Below are positions 57,590 through 64,000 of a DNA stretch of 64,000 nucleotides, in pieces. Numbering within the stretch: position 1 is the first letter of the stretch; every line of letters begins with the position of its first letter. Source of the DNA: Anaerolineae bacterium (GTDB taxonomy: Bacteria > Chloroflexota > Anaerolineae > B4-G1); assembly GCA_041687115.1 (NCBI GenBank), contig JAWLCP010000001.1, positions 22,283 to 86,282 on the forward strand, written 5' to 3'. Both the position numbers and the translations under genes were made by a program. The notes beneath the pieces were generated by a model. It did no database searches. It was given only the letters and a program-made list of their open reading frames with translations, and was not told the DNA's origin.

Positions 57590-58848
57590 CTGAGTACTTC
57601 CCCCTTCAGGTAGCCGTTCTCCAAAGCCACCAGGCGAGTGCGGGTGGTTTGATTGCACAGGTCTTCGTCTTCGCGAGCTACGACCCGGATGTAGTTGTCA
57701 GTCCAGCCGCTCCAGCGACCACCGCGCCACTGTTTTTCCCATAGCACCTCCAGCTCGCGGTTCAGGAAACGCTTCTGAAAGCGCCGACGTTGTCTGGTTC
57801 CGAGCATCCGCATCTGGCGTGCCCGCTCATCGCGTACCGCGCGCGGCACCTGATGCGGCAGCTTCGTCGCCGGCGTGCCAGGGCGGGGAGAGTAAGGGAA
57901 GACGTGTAGCTTCGCGAAAGCCATCTGCTCCACGAATCTGCAGCTTTGGGAGAAGGCGTCCTCATCCTCGCCAGGGAAGCCAACCAGCACGTCTGTGGTC
58001 ACGGCTAGGTCAGGGATGGCGGCGCGGGCCACCCTCACCAGTCGGGCAAATTCACCCAACCTGATAGGGCGGCCCATGCGACGCAGCGTGGCATCGCAGC
58101 CGGCCTGAAGCGGCAGATGGATCTGACGGCACAGACGAGGATCGTCCCACAGGTCGAAAAACTTCACATCGATGTCCCAGGGCTCCACGGATGAGAGACG
58201 AAGCCGGGAGATCCCGCTGTCAGCGAGGAGGGTCTCAACCAGCCTTCGCAGATCCACGTCCGGCCCGAGGTCGCGACCGTAAGCGCCAAGACTCGCACCC
58301 GTGATCACGGCTTCTTGACAACCCGCTTCTTCGACCAGCGTCTGTACCTCCGCTGTAATGTCGGCCAGAGGCCGGCTGCGAGAGCGGCCGCGGAGCGAGG
58401 AGATGATGCAGTACGTGCAGTGATTGTCGCATCCGTCCTGTGCTTTGACGAAAGCCCGCGTGCGAAGCATCTCGGCTTCTGCTGGGGCGTCGCGCCGCAG
58501 CGGGGACGAGGGCTTCTTACCAGTGATGAGGCCGACAGCCCGGGCCTTGTCGGCGTTCGGGATGACCCATGCAACGCCCGGGAACTCTGCGCACATCTCT
58601 GGCCTCAGCGTGGGGAAGCAGCCGAGGACCGCAATCTGGGCGTCGGGGTTCTTCCGATGCAGTGAGCGGAGTTCATGGCGGGTCTTTCGCTCGGCCTGAG
58701 CAGTGACGGCGCAGGTGTTTACGACGATAACATCCGCATCCGACGGCGTCGCTGCCACAAGATGGCCGGCGGTCACGAACTCCCGGGCCAGGATCTCGAT
58801 CTCGCTCCAATTCAGGCGACAACCGACGTTATCGAGGTAGATGCGCAT
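57586..58848 (-). CDS. mtaB: tRNA methylthiotransferase MtaB-like (radical SAM MTTase)
   Basis: N-terminal MTTase domain (IYLDNVGCRLN), radical-SAM CxxxCxxC (CDNHCTYC) and a TRAM domain. Confidence 0.8.
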   Translation of the reverse strand: MRIYLDNVGCRLNWSEIEILAREFVTAGHLVAATPSDADVIVVNTCAVTAQAERKTRHELRSLHRKNPDAQIAVLGCFPTLRPEMCAEFPGVAWVIPNADKARAVGLITGKKPSSPLRRDAPAEAEMLRTRAFVKAQDGCDNHCTYCIISSLRGRSRSRPLADITAEVQTLVEEAGCQEAVITGASLGAYGRDLGPDVDLRRLVETLLADSGISRLRLSSVEPWDIDVKFFDLWDDPRLCRQIHLPLQAGCDATLRRMGRPIRLGEFARLVRVARAAIPDLAVTTDVLVGFPGEDEDAFSQSCRFVEQMAFAKLHVFPYSPRPGTPATKLPHQVPRAVRDERARQMRMLGTRQRRRFQKRFLNRELEVLWEKQWRGGRWSGWTDNYIRVVAREDEDLCNQTTRTRLVALENGYLKGEVLR

Positions 58849-58944
58849 CTTGTACAGCAGCTTTCTGGGTGCTCGCCTCAGGACATCAGCCCAAGTGCAG
58901 ATGGCGATTATAGCACGGGCCAGATGTTTGCAAAAGCCTGCCCG

Positions 58945-58973
58945 TTGTCCATCCAGAGCGCCTATGCTATAAT
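58945..58973 (+). promoter_or_regulatory. Promoter TTGTCC-17-TGcTATAAT for the TPR/HTH gene
   Basis: Perfect -10 with extended TG. 70 nt upstream of ATG 59044. Confidence 0.45.
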
Positions 58974-59043
58974 CGAACGATACTTTGTGGCAGCCAATTG
59001 ACTCTGCAGGTTCTTCACAGGGGCCTCACAGGGAGCAGATCGA

Positions 59044-59715
59044 ATGGCCAAGAGCAAGATCACCAGCACAGACCGCCGGAAGGCGATGGAACACCAGATG
59101 GCCGGAATTCAGGCCTATCGAGAATGGGATGTTGATCAGGCAGTCGAGGAGCTCCGAATTGCCGCTGATCTCAACTCTGAGGATGCGGACTGCCAGCTGT
59201 ATCTGGCTCAGGCGCTGGCTCGCAGCGGTCACTATGATCAGGCCCTGCGAGTGCTCGCGGAGTTTATCAGGCTGGAGCCTGATTCACATACAACGGAGCG
59301 TCTTGAACAGCTCTTCGCCAGCGGGATGGATGAGGTGGAAGAGGTAGTCACCGACAAGATGACTCGAGCTCGAATGCCGGTTGAGGAAATCGGGGCCGCT
59401 CTCCAGATGTGGCTGGAATACCGGATTGCTCTGGGTCGGGGGCAATTGATCATCCGCAAAGCGGAGACGTGGGCGGCGGCGCTCGACTACGTTGTGCGCA
59501 AGGTCAATCTGCGTCCGGTGAAACGCTCCAAGATCGCTCAGTTCTACGGCGTCAGTGACGGAGCCGTGAGAGACCGACACAGAGACCTGATCGACACACT
59601 GGATGTGATGCCGTGCGACTACCGATACTTCACCGGCAAGGAGAATCCGCTCGATAAGCTCGTGGAAGCCGCGGAGCTGTTAGAGGAACTGGAGGCTCGT
59701 TTCCAAGAGGCGTAG
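59044..59715 (+). CDS. Hypothetical TPR-repeat protein with C-terminal HTH-like segment
   Basis: TPR-like helices (QAYREWDVDQAVEELRIAADLN...). The C-terminus KIAQFYGVSDGAVRDRHRDLIDTL resembles a sigma-70 region 4/LuxR-type HTH. A consensus promoter lies upstream. Confidence 0.5.
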   Translation: MAKSKITSTDRRKAMEHQMAGIQAYREWDVDQAVEELRIAADLNSEDADCQLYLAQALARSGHYDQALRVLAEFIRLEPDSHTTERLEQLFASGMDEVEEVVTDKMTRARMPVEEIGAALQMWLEYRIALGRGQLIIRKAETWAAALDYVVRKVNLRPVKRSKIAQFYGVSDGAVRDRHRDLIDTLDVMPCDYRYFTGKENPLDKLVEAAELLEELEARFQEA

Positions 59716-59742
59716 CAGGAGATCGGTATCCTGCAGCAGGCG

Positions 59743-60687
59743 TCACTCCACGATGGTGTCAATCACCCGAACCGCTCCCGCTTCCCGGAGTGTCTCGGCG
59801 ACTTCTTCGGCGACTGCTGGGTTCACCAGCGCGATCATATTCCCCCCCCGGCCCGCTCCCGAGAGTTTCGCTCCGCAGGCCCCTGCCTCCCGCGCGGCTT
59901 CGACCAGCACGTTCAGTGTCAGTGACGACACGCCCAGCTGGATGAGCAGGACGTGATTGCTGTCCATGAGGTGCCCCACAGCGGCGACGTCGCCTGCCTC
60001 GATCTTGCGATAGGCCGCTCTGGCAATATCTCCCATCTTCTTGAAGAGAGTCTCGTAACGCGTAGGCTCTCGCCGCCAACCTCTGCGAACCTGGCTCACG
60101 AGGCGCCGGGTTGGGCTGGGAAGCCCGCTGTCGGCGATGAGGAGCGTGAACGGGGCTCCGACGGACAAGGGCCGTGGTTCGGAGTCTGCTGTCCGTGCGA
60201 AGTAGACCGGTTGCTCGTAGGCGATGACAGTGTTGTCGATCCCGCTGGGGGTTCCATGGTGGATTTTCTCCACCTCAAAGACCAGGTTGCTGACCTCAGC
60301 ACGAGAAAGCGGGTGGCCTACGAAGTCTGCAAGGGCCTGTACCAGGGCCGTCGCCACGGCAGCCCCACTTCCCAACCCGCTTGCGATCGGAATCGAAGAC
60401 TGAACGAGGACCCTGGCATCCGGTATCGGGGCGGATAGATGACCCAACGTCAAGCGTGCTGCCACCGCTAGCGGATCCTGTGGAGGGGCGGTGCTGAGCG
60501 CGAACTGCTGCCCTAGATCGGCGGCGACCAGCGTGAGCCCGCTGCCCGGTGGCGCGGGCTCAACGGTAGCTTTGGCTGTCACCGCCCAGACAGGCACAGC
60601 GATAGCCGGCTCCCCGTAGACGACAGCGTGCTCGCCAAAGAGGATGACTTTTCCAGGAGCAGAAGACTGGACGGGCGCACGAGACAC
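59743..60687 (-). CDS. mvk: Mevalonate kinase (GHMP kinase)
   Basis: PGKVILFGEHAVVYG and PIASGLGSGAA GHMP motifs. Confidence 0.75.
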   Translation of the reverse strand: MSRAPVQSSAPGKVILFGEHAVVYGEPAIAVPVWAVTAKATVEPAPPGSGLTLVAADLGQQFALSTAPPQDPLAVAARLTLGHLSAPIPDARVLVQSSIPIASGLGSGAAVATALVQALADFVGHPLSRAEVSNLVFEVEKIHHGTPSGIDNTVIAYEQPVYFARTADSEPRPLSVGAPFTLLIADSGLPSPTRRLVSQVRRGWRREPTRYETLFKKMGDIARAAYRKIEAGDVAAVGHLMDSNHVLLIQLGVSSLTLNVLVEAAREAGACGAKLSGAGRGGNMIALVNPAVAEEVAETLREAGAVRVIDTIVE

Positions 60688-60831
60688 TGTATGCTCCTTT
60701 CCGCTGTTGAGCGGATTGCCGGGCTCGTCACGGGCAAAGGAATATCGACGGGATTGACGAAGAGTTCTTCCAATGATACACTGGCGGCAATCAGTTGTTC
60801 AACCACTTGAAGGCCCTTCACTCAACAGACA

Positions 60832-61929
60832 ATGATGGACCATCAAGTCGCTGCGCTATTGCAGAAGGGTGAGGCCGCGGCACAAGACGGGCATTGGGCC
60901 GAAGCGCGACGCGCGTTCCGGGCCGTCTTGACCCGCGATCCGCTCAACGTGGCAGCTCTGCTGTGGATGGCCTGGCTGAGCGACGATCCTCGCGCCAGCG
61001 TGGCCTACGTCGATCGCGCGCAGGCACTTGAGCCTGACAACCCTCGTGCTCGTGCAGCGCGACGATGGGCTCAGGGCCGCGATGACTCCCGATCATCAGA
61101 ACTGAGTGCTCTTGAGTCGTTGCGGCGCGAGCCTGCCACCAGGTGGCGCCGCCTTGCCCCAATGACCGCCCTGGGCTCTTTGGGCGCGTTCTTCGCAGGG
61201 GTGCTCTTGGTTCTTCTATGGTATGCGCCTCGCGGGTTCCCTTCCCTCGCTTCCCTGGGAGCCTTGTCCCGTCCAACTCCTACACAGACTGCGACGCCCC
61301 TTCCTTCGCCTTCCGCCAGGCCAACCTTGGCTTCAACGACCGCTCCCGTCCCTACAGCTGTGGCGACAGGGACAGATACCCCGACGCCATCTCCTACTCC
61401 CACACCAACTCTGACTCCTTCTTCCACCCCGACGCCAACCTTGACTCCCTCTCCTGCTCCCACACCAACCCTGACGCCTTCTCCCACTCCGACACCAACC
61501 TTGGCTTCTTCTTCCACCCCCACACCATTGCCGACTCCTGACGAGGTATTCTTGGAAGACCTGCCTATCGACGGCGCCACCCGCTGGATTGACGTGGATC
61601 TGAGCCTCCAGAGGCTTACGGCTTATGAGGGCCGGACACCCGTGCGCTCCACGCTCGTCTCCACAGGTTTGCCCCGCACGCCCACACCTGTCGGCAAGTA
61701 CCACATATACGTTAAGTTTCTCAAGGACGACATGCGTGGCCCTGACTACTACCTGCCGGACGTTCCCTATACCATGTACTTCTATCGGGGTTATGGTCTA
61801 CACGGTACGTACTGGCACACCAACTTCGGTCATCCGATGAGCCACGGCTGCATCAACCTGCCGACTGAAGAGGCGGAATGGCTGTTCCATTGGGCCTCGG
61901 TGGGCACGTTGGTTAACATCCACGAGTGA
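60832..61929 (+). CDS. L,D-transpeptidase (YkuD) with N-terminal TPR, TM and Pro/Thr-rich linker
   Basis: C-terminal catalytic HGTYWHTNFGHPMSHGCINL (His...Cys). ~90-aa (TPTPTL) repeat linker. Confidence 0.75.
   Translation: MMDHQVAALLQKGEAAAQDGHWAEARRAFRAVLTRDPLNVAALLWMAWLSDDPRASVAYVDRAQALEPDNPRARAARRWAQGRDDSRSSELSALESLRREPATRWRRLAPMTALGSLGAFFAGVLLVLLWYAPRGFPSLASLGALSRPTPTQTATPLPSPSARPTLASTTAPVPTAVATGTDTPTPSPTPTPTLTPSSTPTPTLTPSPAPTPTLTPSPTPTPTLASSSTPTPLPTPDEVFLEDLPIDGATRWIDVDLSLQRLTAYEGRTPVRSTLVSTGLPRTPTPVGKYHIYVKFLKDDMRGPDYYLPDVPYTMYFYRGYGLHGTYWHTNFGHPMSHGCINLPTEEAEWLFHWASVGTLVNIHE
61280..61560 (+). repeat. Imperfect ~33-bp tandem repeats encoding (TPTPTLTPSP)n linker in the L,D-transpeptidase
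   Basis: Repeated ccaaccctgac/ttgactcc...cccacaccaac units. Confidence 0.6.
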
Positions 61930-61984
61930 TCTCCTCGCCGAAGTTGATCGGTTCACTGGCGTCAAAGCCCCCCAATCGCTGGCG

Positions 61985-63994
61985 TCACTGCTCTGCGATC
62001 TCGTAGCTGTAGGGAGCTAGCTCCGTCGTCACCGGCGCCAGGGCGGATACGGTCACGATCGCGCGATCGGTGTCTCTGTTAAGGGGGACTGTCCATGAGC
62101 CAGCCTGCCGATCGCTCAGACTCAGCCTCTCGACCGTCGTCTCAGGACTAGGGATGATCAACTGCACCAGCCAGCGCTGAGAGAGCACGTTGGCGTGACG
62201 AACGAAGCCCGCCGGTTCCCATCCTCCTTCATCCGTTTCGAAGTCGTCGAAGTAGTCGATCTCGGGGACGGCAATATCATCAAGGGCCAGGCCCGGTCGA
62301 TTCACGGCATCATCGGTGATGTACTCGAAGCGAATCTCCACCTCTTGGCCGGCGTACGCTGAGAGATTCACTTCCTCTCTGATCCATTGTGGCTTCTCGC
62401 CCGCGCCGCTCGTCCCTGTGTAAGCCCAACCAAATGAGTTGCCATTCGGGTTTGTGTCTACGCTGGACGGCGTATTGAGGATCTTCCAGGTTTCTCCCCC
62501 GTCCGTGCTGGCTTCTACGTATGCATAGTCCCAGTCCTTCTCGATGTCATACCATGTCCAGTAAGAAAGCGTGGCCTCGCTGACATCTGAGAGATCGAAG
62601 ACCTGGGTTAACGTCATATCCGAGTCGTCACCCCGATTCGACCACCAGAAGTAGCGCCCGCTGTGAGCAGTCGCGTCGATCAGACCCACCTGCGCTGATC
62701 CGCTGAAGGCGAAGGAGAGCGGTTGCCTGCCCTGTATCTCAATGTAGTCGGTGCCATGCTGGTGGACGGTGGCACTCTCGGAGACGGGATACGCGTCTGC
62801 GTAGTAAGTGGTCTCAATATCAACCGGCGGAGGATCGATATTCGCATACCCATAGCGCCCATCATAGATGCTCGGATCGTCACGCAGGTTGGCCACTACC
62901 CAGTTGGCAAACAGGTCTTCGTACGATAGGCCGGTCCCCTGCTCTTGTAGCACCACTTCCACGCTGCTCAATCCGTTCTCTGGATGAGCCACCAGGGCCC
63001 GCGTGGCATCGGCGCCGAAACGATCAAGGAAGTAAGAGGTGAAAAGGTAAGCAGCCCCATAGTTGGGCCCTGCGACGCCAGGTCCTGAGGGCCAGGAATT
63101 GAGCTGGGTGTCCGGTGCGTTGGCGAAGAGCCAGTCGGATCCTCCGATATCGAATCCGTTCAGGTAGGTCGCCAATTCCGAAAACCCTTCGTTCAGCCAG
63201 GTCTCTTCGTTGCGGTCGTTGTGCCAGTGGATCATGTGTTGAAACTCATGAGCCAGGACACCGTTGTAGAAATTGCTGTTCGGTCTCACATTGTCGATGT
63301 TGATGTAGAACATCTCCATCTCGTTGGAATCCTCCCGTACCGCAGAGACGAACTGGTCCGCGCTCGAGTAGTACCCGGCGACGCTGTCTCCCAGATTGGT
63401 GGCGTGGAGGATGCTCAGATGGGGGTCGTTGTCCACCCCCGGTGTGCACTCGGAACCGAAGAAAGCACGATTCGTGACGTAAGTCTCCTCCTCGAAAAGA
63501 TCTGCCGCGGCCTCGAGCGCCTTCTGGTCGAGCTGTTTGCCTTCCTCAACCCACATGTAGACATGTTCCGTCTTGTACTCCAGCGTGGCGTAAAGATCGA
63601 ACTGCTCCTCGGTGTCCACGTTCGAGGCGTGAAACAGACGCCGGGTACCCAGCTCATAGTCCGGAGAGCCTTCTTGGTTCACGGTACGCTCTGTATCCGG
63701 TGATAGGCCTCGCAGACGTATGGCCAATTCGTGGAGGTCACGCACGGGGACCACCGTGCTGTTCAACAGCGCTTCGGTCTCCTCCTCGAGCTCCCCTGTC
63801 GGATCGTAGGTAACGGAAGGCGTGGGAGCGGACGTCGGGGTGTCTGGGACCCGAGGGACGGCGGCGTCGACGTCAGGAGCGGGTCGGCTGCTTCCACGGT
63901 TCAACAAGAAGAAGCTACCTGTGCAGCAGCAGCAAGCCAGGGCGAGGATCAGCACCAATCCTGCCAGCACGATGAGAAGATGAGAGCTCTTCAT
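61985..63994 (-). CDS. Secreted/anchored M6-family (immune inhibitor A-like) zinc metalloprotease
   Basis: Signal peptide with Cys cluster. HEFQHMIH HExxH zinc motif with a downstream NEGFSE. Long beta-rich C-terminal domains. Confidence 0.65.
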   Translation of the reverse strand: MKSSHLLIVLAGLVLILALACCCCTGSFFLLNRGSSRPAPDVDAAVPRVPDTPTSAPTPSVTYDPTGELEEETEALLNSTVVPVRDLHELAIRLRGLSPDTERTVNQEGSPDYELGTRRLFHASNVDTEEQFDLYATLEYKTEHVYMWVEEGKQLDQKALEAAADLFEEETYVTNRAFFGSECTPGVDNDPHLSILHATNLGDSVAGYYSSADQFVSAVREDSNEMEMFYINIDNVRPNSNFYNGVLAHEFQHMIHWHNDRNEETWLNEGFSELATYLNGFDIGGSDWLFANAPDTQLNSWPSGPGVAGPNYGAAYLFTSYFLDRFGADATRALVAHPENGLSSVEVVLQEQGTGLSYEDLFANWVVANLRDDPSIYDGRYGYANIDPPPVDIETTYYADAYPVSESATVHQHGTDYIEIQGRQPLSFAFSGSAQVGLIDATAHSGRYFWWSNRGDDSDMTLTQVFDLSDVSEATLSYWTWYDIEKDWDYAYVEASTDGGETWKILNTPSSVDTNPNGNSFGWAYTGTSGAGEKPQWIREEVNLSAYAGQEVEIRFEYITDDAVNRPGLALDDIAVPEIDYFDDFETDEGGWEPAGFVRHANVLSQRWLVQLIIPSPETTVERLSLSDRQAGSWTVPLNRDTDRAIVTVSALAPVTTELAPYSYEIAEQ

Positions 63995-64000
63995 GGTTAA

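Overview
This is a GC-rich (~62-65%) stretch of bacterial chromosome with dense coding on both strands. No transposase, integrase, CRISPR array or rRNA was found. The gene content and bias fit a Chloroflexota-like anaerobe, but that is inference (AmmeMemoRadiSam proteins, DUF3048 lipoprotein, mevalonate kinase, glycyl-radical enzyme, L,D-transpeptidase with Pro/Thr linker).

From start to end the window holds:
- 1-4.6 kb: the C-terminal part of selB, rarA, and AmmeMemoRadiSam proteins B and A.
- 4.7-8.4 kb: a DUF3048 lipoprotein and a 752-aa orphan protein with degenerate methyltransferase-like motifs plus a Cys4 zinc ribbon.
- 8.4-11.8 kb: a strong promoter with a ~690-nt leader, then a korDABC 2-oxoacid:ferredoxin oxidoreductase operon.
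- 12.1-16.5 kb: an iron locus, fur-feoA-feoB-YibE/F-feoC.
- 16.9-25.0 kb: ald, a CoA-transferase, rimO, a RodZ-like protein, rplI, tRNA-Cys and tRNA-Leu, an MDR dehydrogenase and an acyl-CoA dehydrogenase.
- 25.2-31.0 kb: a DUF2079-like membrane protein, an AlbA_2/HATPase_c_4 protein, and gyrA.
- 31.0-41.1 kb: a minus-strand block GT39 - two translationally coupled UvrD-like helicases (one with degenerate motifs) - GT4 - membrane sulfotransferase - class V aminotransferase.
- 41.6-47.3 kb: a metallophosphoesterase, a threonine dehydratase, an aminotransferase, an EamA transporter, and slyD.
- 47.4-55.7 kb: a PFL2/eliminase-class glycyl radical enzyme with its activase, next to a livFGMHK ABC transporter.
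- 56.0-64.0 kb: an FAD oxidoreductase, HIT, mtaB, a TPR/HTH-like protein, mevalonate kinase, an L,D-transpeptidase and an M6 (InhA-like) metalloprotease.

No single locus is an obvious named defence system. The best candidates for new biology are the orphan 752-aa protein, the paired helicases, the glycan-sulfation block, the GRE of unknown substrate, the promoter with its long leader and possible Cys-rich small ORF, the YibE/F-containing feo locus, and a phased TTGGGATA x4 repeat array.
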